This document shows positions 43,999 through 53,409 of a DNA stretch of 54,640 bases, one piece after another (the stretch's first letter is position 1; the number at the start of each line of letters is the position of its first letter). Position numbers and translations under genes: made by a program. Origin of the DNA: a virus (Duplodnaviria > Caudoviricetes); the IMG/VR virus record IMGVR_UViG_3300048856_000130, positions 1-54,640 of that record; one strand, 5' to 3'. Under the pieces are notes generated by a model, which was not told the DNA's origin, made no database searches, and saw only the letters and a program-made list of their open reading frames with translations.

Positions 43999-45615
43999 AT
44001 GGACGATATGGCTGATATGCAGCGGCTTCTGAAGCGCGGTGAAACCTATCACTATCACCGCCGCGTACCGCTCCACCTGGTCGAAACCATCGGCAAAAAA
44101 TTCATACGCCGCGCTTTGGGCACCGACAGCCTGAAAGAAGCGCGTCGCCGACGGACTCTGGAGGATGCTCGGACCGAGGCGATGTTCCGCAGCGCAGAAA
44201 AGGGTATCAAACCAACCGCCAGCCGTGCCGGCGTCTCGCTGGGCACCCTCACCGGCTACGTGCGGGAGACCGTGGCAGAGATGGATCGCAAGGCTTCCGA
44301 ACGGCTGGCCTTAGCCCCGCCGGCCGATAAGCAGAAGCTGGCGGACCTAGTCGAGGACGCTGAGATCAAGCTTGGCATCCTTACCGACCCCGGCGACCCG
44401 CGGCAGGATGAGCTAGTGTCGCGGGCGACCGATCACATCGCTGACGCTCACGGGGCAGAACTGACCGACGCCGCGCTTGTCGCTCAGTTCGCAGAAATTG
44501 TGCGGCGAGGGTTGGTTGAAGTCACTCGTCGCCAGATCGGGCGGCTCACCAACGAAAACGGCAGGGCCTTCCACGATGCTGCATTTGATCCCGCGGCTCC
44601 GCAACCCGCCCCGGTCAACGTTGCCACGCTTGATACCGACATCGTGGACGGCTGGGCAGCGGAGCGGAAACCCTCTCAAAAAGCCGTGGACAGCTGTCGG
44701 AGCGAGCTCCGCAAGTTCCTTGCCCATCGAGGGCCGACGGCCGCGGGCGACATAACCCGGGCCGACGTGCTGACCTATAAGGCCTCAATGATCGCGGATG
44801 GTCAGACCCCGGCGAACATTAAGACGCGGCTCAGCCGCCTCAGCACTGTGCTCGGCTGGGCCGCTGAAAATGGTCACCTGCCCACCAACCCGGCCAAGGG
44901 AATCACCATCAAGGTGCCGAAGAAGAACAAGGACAAGCGCCAGCCCTTCGACGTGGCCGACCTGAACGCGATCTTTGCCGGTCCTGTTCACGCGAACGGC
45001 GAACGGCCCCTGCGTGGGCGTGGGGATGCTTCCTACTGGCTCCCCCTGCTGGCACTGTTCAGTGGGGCACGGCTGGAGGAAATGGCCCAGCTTCGCCCAC
45101 ATGACGTGGCCCAGCAGACCTATACCGATGGCGACGGCCAGACCCGGCAAAGCTGGTTCATCAAGATTGTCGAGGTGGACGGCGAGGACGGCACCAGCGT
45201 CAAGACCGCAGGCAGCGAGCGCCTTGTCCCCGTGCATCCCGTGCTGGAGTCGCTGGGCTTCATTGCGTTCGTGAAGGCCCAGCTGGACGCTGGCTATGCC
45301 CGCCTGTTCCATCTGTTGAAGCCGGGGGGCTATGGGAAGCTGGGCAACAAATGGGGCGAATGGTGGAGCGGTTACATGCGCGGCACCCTCAGCATCACAG
45401 ACAAGCGCAAGGTTTTCCATAGCTTCCGCCACACCTTCAAGGACATGGCCCGTCATTGCGGCCTACCCGAAGGCATTGCCCGGCAGATTATGGGCCATAG
45501 CGGCGAGGACGCGGCCGACGATTATGGTAACGGACATGCCCTGTTCCAGCTCGTCGAGGGCATGGCGAAGGTGAAGCCCGTGGGCGCGAAACTGCCCGCG
45601 CCGTCAGCCGCTTAA
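43999..45615 (+). CDS. Tyrosine integrase with N-terminal DUF6538-type domain
   Basis: RGETYHYHRRVP N-terminus; SGARLEE, VKT, FHSFRHTF, MGHS...Y. Confidence 0.9.
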   Translation: MDDMADMQRLLKRGETYHYHRRVPLHLVETIGKKFIRRALGTDSLKEARRRRTLEDARTEAMFRSAEKGIKPTASRAGVSLGTLTGYVRETVAEMDRKASERLALAPPADKQKLADLVEDAEIKLGILTDPGDPRQDELVSRATDHIADAHGAELTDAALVAQFAEIVRRGLVEVTRRQIGRLTNENGRAFHDAAFDPAAPQPAPVNVATLDTDIVDGWAAERKPSQKAVDSCRSELRKFLAHRGPTAAGDITRADVLTYKASMIADGQTPANIKTRLSRLSTVLGWAAENGHLPTNPAKGITIKVPKKNKDKRQPFDVADLNAIFAGPVHANGERPLRGRGDASYWLPLLALFSGARLEEMAQLRPHDVAQQTYTDGDGQTRQSWFIKIVEVDGEDGTSVKTAGSERLVPVHPVLESLGFIAFVKAQLDAGYARLFHLLKPGGYGKLGNKWGEWWSGYMRGTLSITDKRKVFHSFRHTFKDMARHCGLPEGIARQIMGHSGEDAADDYGNGHALFQLVEGMAKVKPVGAKLPAPSAA

Positions 45616-45805
45616 ACGATGTCTGACTTCAGGGTCAGAAAAAATTATCTGATGCCGTTGTAGTCTGTTGCTCGCCAGCTTTGAAACGAAAAGACCCCCA
45701 CCTTGCCGGACGAGGGTCTCCGGGAGCGCCGAGACGACGCTGATCGACACCAGCATTTCTACGTCCCGGTTCTCCTTCGATGCAGCTTCGATAGGAGTCA
45801 GAACC

Positions 45806-46609
45806 GTGGCCATAAAGATCAAGGTGCAGAAGCCTGCCCCCTCCCCCGTCATCGCCATCGAGCACCTGAAGGGAACGGCTCGACGACTGGCTGAATTAAT
45901 ATCGAAGCAGGGACATTATGAGTTCGAGGGGTTCAAATGGCTTCATGGTACCTTCGGAGGAATTGCCGCCGACCTTGGCGTGAATGATAAGACAATTGAA
46001 CGCAACGTCCAGAAACCACCGTTCCATTACATCACGCGATGGTCAGCGGAGGATGGCAGGCACATTCTGTTGAAGCTGGGCACTGCACCTTGCGAAACCG
46101 ATCTCGTCTACAGCCTGCGCGCCGTATGGGTTCGAGGGTTACTCTATTTCAACGGGGTGGCAGCGGAAGCATGGCCGATCGAAGCCATGAAGGCCAAGCA
46201 CGCAAAGTTGCCGTATAAGCGGTTACAGCAGCGCATCGAGAAGGCTCAAGAACGGTTGCCTGAGTTGGCGAAGCTAAAGGCAGGCGAGGACATATCGTAT
46301 GAAGTTCAGCCGCACGAAATGGGCTTGCTGCGTGAATGCGTGAAACGACTGGACGATGATGCCTTCGCCACCGTTGCGTGCATCGCATCCTGGAACGGCT
46401 GGCACAAGTTCATGTCATACACCAAAATCGCGGACAGGATTGTCGGTCGATATTATCACTGGCCGACCCTTGGTCCGATCGCCGCCAACCCTGACATCGC
46501 CCTGCAAGCCTATCTCGACATCGGACAGGACGAAGGGAGCATCGAAATTGCCGACAGCGCCCGATTGACGGCCAAGATCGCCAGTCTGGCGCCTTCCACG
46601 GCATCGTGA
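45806..46609 (+). CDS. Hypothetical protein with N-terminal HTH (possible replication protein)
   Basis: AGGAG RBS before GTG; IAADLGVNDKTIER HTH; followed by an AT-rich tract. Confidence 0.6.
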   Translation: MAIKIKVQKPAPSPVIAIEHLKGTARRLAELISKQGHYEFEGFKWLHGTFGGIAADLGVNDKTIERNVQKPPFHYITRWSAEDGRHILLKLGTAPCETDLVYSLRAVWVRGLLYFNGVAAEAWPIEAMKAKHAKLPYKRLQQRIEKAQERLPELAKLKAGEDISYEVQPHEMGLLRECVKRLDDDAFATVACIASWNGWHKFMSYTKIADRIVGRYYHWPTLGPIAANPDIALQAYLDIGQDEGSIEIADSARLTAKIASLAPSTAS

Positions 46610-46880
46610 TCGACCAATGTCTGTTTCTCTTATCCCATGTTTCTACAATTATACTACTAACATGAACTGATATTTTCACAGGGAGAGAGAAACAGACATT
46701 TCAGTCCATGGCTTGTCGCTTCGCTCCCTCGCCATGTCCCTTGTTCGGGAGAAGGAAGAATGGGAGCGATAACGATTGCCAAAATCAAAGCTCCTTCGGG
46801 AATTGCAATTAATTGCAATGAACCTTCCGTTAAGGCGAACGCAGTATATTCGGGCACCTCCGTGATACAGGAGCGTGCCC

Positions 46881-47444
46881 ATGCCCTCGGTTCAAGACAA
46901 GTCAGATGTCGACCACCTCAAGCAGGAGGCGCTGGCACTCGCAGTCAAGCCGACGAAGAGCTTCCATGCGTTCGCCCTTGCCTTGTGCGCTGCCCACGGT
47001 GAGGACCGGGCCTTTCTGCACGAGGTGGAGCAGGTCGCCGGGATTAAACGCCGGGCGCTGTTCTACCTGCTGAACGTGGGCAAACTTCTCAACGACCACG
47101 ATGTGTCCGAGGAGCAGGCTGAACGGATCGGATGGACCAAACTCCAGATCATTGCTCGATACGTAGCGAACCGACCAAGGAGGCTCAGCCAGCGTGCAAT
47201 GAAGGCCAAGCTGGAGATCGCAGCACGAACCTCTGCACACGCGCTCCCGGCTGCTCTGGAGGCACAAGACGCGCCATCAAAAGGGGCGCTCCGTTCGATC
47301 CTCCTGCGCCTCCCTGCCGAGCAATACGTCGATGTCGAGGCCGCCCTCATCGCCTGCGGTGCAGAGCGGAAGCGCCGAGGCTTGATCCGTAAGGAGGCGG
47401 CCCTTGTGCAGTTGGCGGTCAGTCACCTGACTGCGAGGCGGTGA
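46881..47444 (+). CDS. Hypothetical protein
   Basis: AGGAG RBS; IGWTKL motif. Confidence 0.65.
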   Translation: MPSVQDKSDVDHLKQEALALAVKPTKSFHAFALALCAAHGEDRAFLHEVEQVAGIKRRALFYLLNVGKLLNDHDVSEEQAERIGWTKLQIIARYVANRPRRLSQRAMKAKLEIAARTSAHALPAALEAQDAPSKGALRSILLRLPAEQYVDVEAALIACGAERKRRGLIRKEAALVQLAVSHLTARR

Positions 47445-47761
47445 CGCGCACCGTGTCGTCAGCGCCGTGATCGGCAATGCCGAGGTCAACGTGCTGATAG
47501 GCGCCAACCCGAGTTTCTTCACGTCCCGCGGGGCGCCGGAGGGCACAACTTAGGACCGCCGCTGCGCCGGCTCACGATGATCTGTATCGTTGCCGTAGAT
47601 GTCGCGATCGGCCCAGTCATGCAGGCGGGTGTCGAGCACAGCAGGATCACGGATGAAGGTATATGCAGCATCGAAGCGCCATCGGAGAATATCTTAAGAG
47701 CTTGAAATTACTGTATAAATACAGAAAACCAGCTTAAGATGATCCTTGTTTCGAAAGGATC

Positions 47762-48310
47762 ATGATGATTAATGTTCTGACCTTAGGTCATTCCAATGCT
47801 GACTGGGATAATTTCTGTCATGCACTCGATCAGTTCAACGTCGACTGCATTGTTGACGTGAGGTCATCGCCCCGATCGCGCTGGCGACACTTCAATAAAC
47901 CTGAACTGCGGGTGCGGCTGAACCGGGTTGGCGTGTCATATATCCACATGGGCGATGCTCTGGGCGGGATGCCCGCTAGCGGGACCACCGACTACGCGAC
48001 GCGACGCGGCACCGCTGCCTTCACCGCAGGGATCGAGACCGTTTTGGGGATCGCGGCCCGGTGCACGCCCGCCCTCCTGTGTGCGGAGCGTGATCCGCTG
48101 CAATGTCATCGCTTCTCGTTAATCGCCCGTCATCTGCACAGCCTGCCGGACGTCGGGGTTTCCCACATTCGTCACGACGGCACATTGGAAAGCCAGGAAG
48201 AGGCCGAGAACCGCTTGCTGGCCCTCCACAAGATTTCCGACGACCTGCTGACCAGCCGGGATCAACAGGTGGCCGATGCCTACGCTCGGCAAGAGCGCAA
48301 GCTCGGCTGA
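47762..48310 (+). CDS. DUF488 family protein
   Basis: TLGHSN, VDVRSSPRSR, LLCAERDPLQCHR. Confidence 0.9.
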   Translation: MMINVLTLGHSNADWDNFCHALDQFNVDCIVDVRSSPRSRWRHFNKPELRVRLNRVGVSYIHMGDALGGMPASGTTDYATRRGTAAFTAGIETVLGIAARCTPALLCAERDPLQCHRFSLIARHLHSLPDVGVSHIRHDGTLESQEEAENRLLALHKISDDLLTSRDQQVADAYARQERKLG

Positions 48311-48404
48311 GAAGGCTCAACTCAGACCCCCGGTTTCAGGTGCCCCCTCCCACCCATGAGCTCTCGGAAAAGCTGGGCAAAAGCAAAGACGCGAAAGACG
48401 AGAA

Positions 48405-49394
48405 ATGAGTGAAGCTCCGAACGAAGACGGTCGTGCAATTAATTGCAACAGCGACTTGATCGTCCCGACGAGCGACGGTCCTGGTTCTCTGCTCTCAGAG
48501 CCGATCTCAGAGCAGGTGCACCATCTCCTATCCTCTTCCCTGTCCAGCAACAGCAAGCGCGCCTACGCAGCTGACTTCGCCCATTTCAAGGCATCTGGGA
48601 GGCACATCCCCTGCCCGCCTTCAGAGGTCGCAGAATACATAGCCGATCTGGTCGACACTCACGCGGTCGCTACAATTCAGCGCAGACTGGCGGCGATCGG
48701 GAAGGCACACCGCGGGCTCGGCTATGATGATCCGTGTTCAGCTGAGATCGTGAGGGCTACGCTGCGCGGAATTCGGCGGACAAAAGGCGTGGCACAGCGC
48801 GAGGCGCGAGCCCTCCGACGTGATGACCTGTTTATGGTGCTGGAGCAGATCGGCGAGCGCCCCATCGACGTCCGGGACAAGGCCTTGCTGCTCATCGGGT
48901 TCGCTGGGGCGTTTCGTCGCTCCGAACTGATCGGACTGGACTGCAGCGATGTTGAACATGAGCGCCGAGGCATCGTTCTGCATCTGCGCCGCTCGAAAAC
49001 CGACCAGAACGGACACGGTCGCAAGATCGCGATCCCGAATGGGCGGACCCGATGGTGCCCGGTCGGCCATCTAACCGCCTGGTTGGCTCACGCCGAGATC
49101 GGCCACGGCCCGGTCTTCCGCAACATCAACAAGCGCGGTCACGTAGCCTCGCGCCGTCTCTCCGGGGAGGCGGTAGCGAAAATCGTGAAGAGGCGCGTAG
49201 AGGCGGCAGGCTTCGATCCAACCTCCTTCTCTGGACACAGCTTGCGTGCAGGCCTCGCGACCAGCGCCGCTGCCGCTGGCACGTCCACCTGGAAGATACG
49301 CCAGCAGACCGGTCACGCCTCGGATGCGATGCTAGCCCGCTACATCCGCGACGCGGATATGTTCACGGACAACCCTGCTGGTGCGGTGCTGTGA
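48405..49394 (+). CDS. Cre-like tyrosine recombinase/resolvase
   Basis: RDKALLLIGFAGAFRRSE, RSKTDQ, SGHSLRAG, TGH.S..MLARY; start uncertain. Confidence 0.92.
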   Translation: MSEAPNEDGRAINCNSDLIVPTSDGPGSLLSEPISEQVHHLLSSSLSSNSKRAYAADFAHFKASGRHIPCPPSEVAEYIADLVDTHAVATIQRRLAAIGKAHRGLGYDDPCSAEIVRATLRGIRRTKGVAQREARALRRDDLFMVLEQIGERPIDVRDKALLLIGFAGAFRRSELIGLDCSDVEHERRGIVLHLRRSKTDQNGHGRKIAIPNGRTRWCPVGHLTAWLAHAEIGHGPVFRNINKRGHVASRRLSGEAVAKIVKRRVEAAGFDPTSFSGHSLRAGLATSAAAAGTSTWKIRQQTGHASDAMLARYIRDADMFTDNPAGAVL

Positions 49395-49440
49395 CCGGCG
49401 GCGGGCTGACAGCACGCGGGTCGCGCGCGCAACAGTCCGT

Positions 49441-50424
49441 TCAGCCGAACATCGCCTCCCCAAGGTCCGAGTAGATCGGCTCGAGCTCATTATCATCGAG
49501 CGGACTGTCCTGCATGGCCATCTTCGGGCTGTTTCCGACGGCGTAGTAGACGAGCAAAATCGCCGGGACCCGATACAGGGAATTCGAAGAGGCTCGCTCC
49601 TGTATGAACCGGCCCAAGAAGGGCTTACGGCTTAGCCACAGCTCTAGGTCCCGGTGGAAGTGATCGCCGGCGAACTTCTTGTAGTGGTCAATGAGCAAGG
49701 TATTCAGCGGACCGGCGACACCTTCGCTCCCAATGAACTCGCTATACCTTTGGGCCAAGAAGGTAGCGAGTGCCCGATCCGGGGCGAGCATCCCATTTAT
49801 GGTGCGAGACACCTCAGAGAAGAACCCGTCGGTCGCCTCGATCAACGCCATGCTCTTCGCTGCCGCTCTCTTCAGCGAAGGAGTCGCAGTGACGCTGGGT
49901 TTGTAGATCGTGTCGTGTGTCAGCTCGCTGTACGCATGCTGGAGCAGCGTTCGAACCTGCACTTCGCAAGGCATATTCGCGAGAACGCGTTCCCCCTCGA
50001 ATGTAAGCTCATCTTTCGAGCGGAGGACGTAGTGAAGCGACTGGTAGTCGAATTCGTATGGTCGCTCCTCGCGCTCCTCTGCGAAATCCCGCGCCTTTTG
50101 CGCGACCCATGCCGCTCCGCTCTCGATTTCCGTCTCGATCGTACGCACGTCGTCTTCCACGAGCACCACGAAGCGAAGACCCACTTTGTCCTCGATCTGC
50201 TCGTACGGATCAGTGTAGGCCTTCTTGCGGTGGAAGGCCTTCTGCAACAGGGACTCCGTTTCTTTCACGCGCGGCTGCACCGGAAGCTTCAGGAACAACT
50301 CTAGCTTCGTCGGGGCGACGCGAGTGGCGATTGCACTGCGCAGCTCGTGAGCCACGTAGCGCCCCCAAGCCGCATACGACCGCTCCTCGTGCTGCCACCG
50401 CTCCAAGAGTTCATCCTCGGTCAT
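49441..50424 (-). CDS. RelA/SpoT-domain small alarmone synthetase with C-terminal extension
   Basis: RVKETESLLQK, DKVGLR, YQSLHY, EVQVRTLLQHAYSELTHDTIYK. Confidence 0.92.
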   Translation of the reverse strand: MTEDELLERWQHEERSYAAWGRYVAHELRSAIATRVAPTKLELFLKLPVQPRVKETESLLQKAFHRKKAYTDPYEQIEDKVGLRFVVLVEDDVRTIETEIESGAAWVAQKARDFAEEREERPYEFDYQSLHYVLRSKDELTFEGERVLANMPCEVQVRTLLQHAYSELTHDTIYKPSVTATPSLKRAAAKSMALIEATDGFFSEVSRTINGMLAPDRALATFLAQRYSEFIGSEGVAGPLNTLLIDHYKKFAGDHFHRDLELWLSRKPFLGRFIQERASSNSLYRVPAILLVYYAVGNSPKMAMQDSPLDDNELEPIYSDLGEAMFG

Positions 50425-51503
50425 CACCGCTCTTCCGTCACCTCCTGGTGGACGATGATGCGGGTCCAAGCCTCGTCGCCCTCGCCTCCAAACTCCTGTG
50501 CTGGTCCGCTCGTAATCTCCACCTTCTTCTGGCTCAGAGCGTCCGGAGAAGCGAAGAACTCCGCGGCAGCGCCGAACTTGAACCGTCTGCGCCTCAGCTT
50601 TGCCCCGAGCCGGGCCGTATCCCGCATGACTGCCCTGCGGGGGAAATGTTTTGCCTCAAGGAAGTTCCGGAATGGGTCCTGCATATCCTTCGGTAAGTAT
50701 TTCTCTGCAAACTCATCGGAAGTGAAGGTCGGGCTCTTTTCAGTCTTGATGTACGTGTAGAGCGCGTCGTTGACGTCGCGCTTCTCCTCCACTGGTAGGC
50801 TCGACCGTGCGACGAACTCTCGGGTGAGATCGAAGAAACGGGCGGTCTCGTAGGCGCCATCGCCCTTGAATACGCAGCCAAGAAAACCCTCATAAAAATA
50901 CTGCGCGGCGGCCTCACGATGGCTCTGCGTGATATTGTGATCGAACACCAAGGCGGTCCAACCTTCAGGTCTCTTCTCGGAAACGCTCTCCCGAACCATA
51001 AAGCCGACCTTGTACAGCCTGGTCGCCTTCGTAAGGAAAATGTCCTTCAACAATTGAGTCACGATCGAGCCACCATCGGGCTGGCGGCGGAAGCCAGACT
51101 GCATCTCCGCCTTAATCACACATACGAACGGCGCATCGTGAGCCCCCACCGTACCGTCCAAGACAATAAGCATGCCTCCAGGGAGACCGGGCTGAAGCTG
51201 AGCTCGGGTGAGCCGATCTGCACAAGCCTGCGAGATGTGCAGAAACTCGGTATCATCCGCGGCGAGAAGTGCCTCCGCATCGGCTAGGTGGCTGTCCGCA
51301 CCATAGGCAATGATATCCATCTGCACGCTCTTGGCTTGTGCGGAGAGCGCCTCCGTGATCCGCGCTCTGAACTCCTGGGTCGCATCTGCGGAGAGGATTT
51401 CGAGTTGGGTCGCGTATGTGGGCGTGATGGGCCTCTTGTCAGCCTTCCGCCTGAATACCTCATGCACAGCAATCCGGCGAACTTGCAGGTTCTCAACGAT
51501 CAA
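50424..51503 (-). CDS. NdpA/YejK-like (37-kDa nucleoid-associated family) protein
   Basis: TTG start with GGGAG RBS; IAVHEV, GGMLIV, VIKAE, LYKVG, YFYEGFLG, T..FF; TGATG-coupled to the SAS. Confidence 0.8.
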   Translation of the reverse strand: MIVENLQVRRIAVHEVFRRKADKRPITPTYATQLEILSADATQEFRARITEALSAQAKSVQMDIIAYGADSHLADAEALLAADDTEFLHISQACADRLTRAQLQPGLPGGMLIVLDGTVGAHDAPFVCVIKAEMQSGFRRQPDGGSIVTQLLKDIFLTKATRLYKVGFMVRESVSEKRPEGWTALVFDHNITQSHREAAAQYFYEGFLGCVFKGDGAYETARFFDLTREFVARSSLPVEEKRDVNDALYTYIKTEKSPTFTSDEFAEKYLPKDMQDPFRNFLEAKHFPRRAVMRDTARLGAKLRRRRFKFGAAAEFFASPDALSQKKVEITSGPAQEFGGEGDEAWTRIIVHQEVTEER

Positions 51504-51732
51504 TGCCCACTCCCACGCTTCGGACGCCGGCACCTCCGGCGCTTCCTCACTCAAGTTCAGCCGCTTCACCGCGCTCCAACGACCGGGCCAAAGTGCTTCG
51601 CTCATCTTCTGAGTAGCTACGTGTTTACTCAATGATCGAAGGCTCTTTGACTTGTCTGCCGCTCGCTTCCCTCAGCCTGCCCTTGCTCACAATGCCGTAG
51701 GCACTGTGGAGCATCAAAAGATGGCGCTCAAC

Positions 51733-51757
51733 CTCCGATAACACCCTATTATCAGAG
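51733..51757. other. Putative tyrosine-recombinase crossover (res-like) site
   Basis: CTCCGATAA-CACCCTA-TTATCAGAG: inverted arms around a 7-bp asymmetric spacer. Confidence 0.55.
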
Positions 51758-51909
51758 CCTAAAGATGCAGCCCACCGCCTCGGCGCCGTGCAATTAATTG
51801 CATCACGTCACGGTAGCATCCCCGTCGCGCCGCCCGAGCCTTATTGCTAGCGACTGCGGCGATCGATAAGCGGGTTCGCGGTTCCGCCGCGCGCGGTTCT
51901 GGGGGATGA

Positions 51910-53409
51910 ATGCCAACACTGACTCAATCGGCGCTCGAGCGCCATCTATGGGGAGCTGCGGACATCCTGCGCGGCACCGTCGATGCCGGGGACTACAAGC
52001 AGTATATCTTCGGCCTCCTGTTCTATAAGCGCCTGTGTGACGTCTGGGGTGAAGAGTTTGAGGCGCTGCTAACCGAGACCGGCGACCGCGAGGAAGCCGC
52101 CGACCCGGACGAGCATCGCTTCCACGTTCCTGCCGAGCACCGCTGGGAAGCCGTGCGGCAGCAGTCCACCCAGATCGGCCAGAGGCTCAACAACGCACTA
52201 GCGGCCATCGAAGATGCCAACCTGCGCCTGCGCGGCGTGTTCGGTTCCGTGGACTTTGCCAATCAGGATCGCTTCTCCGATGCCCTGCTGGAAAGGTTGC
52301 TGTCGCACTTCGAGAAATACCGCCTGCGCAATGCTGATGTTCCCGCCGACCTGCTCGGGGATGCCTATCTCTACCTCATCAAGATGTTCGCCGAAGGCGC
52401 AGGCAAGAAGGGCGGTGAGTTCTACACCCCCCGCCAGATCGTGCGCCTGATGGTCGAGATCGTTGAGCCGCGCCCCGGCATGTCGGTCTATGATCCCACC
52501 TGCGGTTCGGGCGGTATGTTGCTGGAGGCGGTGCAGTATCTGAAAGACCGGGGCGAGGACGCGCGCACCCTGTCGCTCTATGGGCAGGAGAAGAACTTCG
52601 CCACATGGGGCATCGCCGAGATCAATCTGTTCCTGCACAACGTCGATGATGCCTTCATCGCCAAGGGCGACACGATCCTTAGCCCCAAGCGGTATGACCC
52701 CAAGGCGCGCGAGTTCGTGGAGGGCATCGGAGCCTATGACCGGGTGCTGGCCAACCCGCCGTTCTCGGAAAAAGTGTGGGGTTACGAGGTCTGGCAGAAC
52801 GGCGACCCGTTCGGGCGTGACACCTATGGCTGCCCGCCCAAGGGTTATGGCGACCTTGCCTTCGTCCAGCACATGCTCGCCAGCCTGAAGGACGACGGGA
52901 TGCTGGCGGTGGTGGTGCCGCACGGCGTCCTGTTCCGGGGCGGGGCCGAAGGGCGGATCAGGGAGGCCATGCTGGCCGCAGACGTGATCGAGGCGGTCGT
53001 GGGTCTTGCCCCCAATCTGTTCTACGGAGCGGGCATCCCTGCCGCCCTGCTGGTGTGCCGGAAGAAGAAGCCTGCCGAGCGGCGGGGCAAGGTGCTGATC
53101 GTCAACGGCGATGCCACCTACCAACCGGGCAAGGCGCAGAACTTCCTGATCGACGAGCACGTTCGCACGCTGGCCGAGGCTGTCCATGCCTTCGCCGATG
53201 TCGAGAAGCTGGCCCGCGTCGTCCCGGTCGAGGAGATCGCCGCCAACGGCCACAACCTCAATATCAGCCGGTATGTGCAGACCGGCGCGGATGCCGAGGC
53301 GGTCGATGTCGCGGCGGAAGTCGCCAAGCTGCAAGACCTGATCGCCAAGCGAAACGAAGCGGAAGCCGTCATGTTCGGGCACCTCAAGAGGCTTGGCTAT
53401 GTCGAGTGA
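51910..53409 (+). CDS. hsdM: Type I R-M methyltransferase subunit
   Basis: LWGAADILRG, GEFYTP, YDPTCGSGG, NPPF. Confidence 0.97.
   Translation: MPTLTQSALERHLWGAADILRGTVDAGDYKQYIFGLLFYKRLCDVWGEEFEALLTETGDREEAADPDEHRFHVPAEHRWEAVRQQSTQIGQRLNNALAAIEDANLRLRGVFGSVDFANQDRFSDALLERLLSHFEKYRLRNADVPADLLGDAYLYLIKMFAEGAGKKGGEFYTPRQIVRLMVEIVEPRPGMSVYDPTCGSGGMLLEAVQYLKDRGEDARTLSLYGQEKNFATWGIAEINLFLHNVDDAFIAKGDTILSPKRYDPKAREFVEGIGAYDRVLANPPFSEKVWGYEVWQNGDPFGRDTYGCPPKGYGDLAFVQHMLASLKDDGMLAVVVPHGVLFRGGAEGRIREAMLAADVIEAVVGLAPNLFYGAGIPAALLVCRKKKPAERRGKVLIVNGDATYQPGKAQNFLIDEHVRTLAEAVHAFADVEKLARVVPVEEIAANGHNLNISRYVQTGADAEAVDVAAEVAKLQDLIAKRNEAEAVMFGHLKRLGYVE

Noticed and set aside
47711-47724. E. coli-type LexA box
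   Set aside because: Spacing is CTG-N8-CAG rather than N10, and alphaproteobacterial LexA uses GTTC-N7-GTTC.
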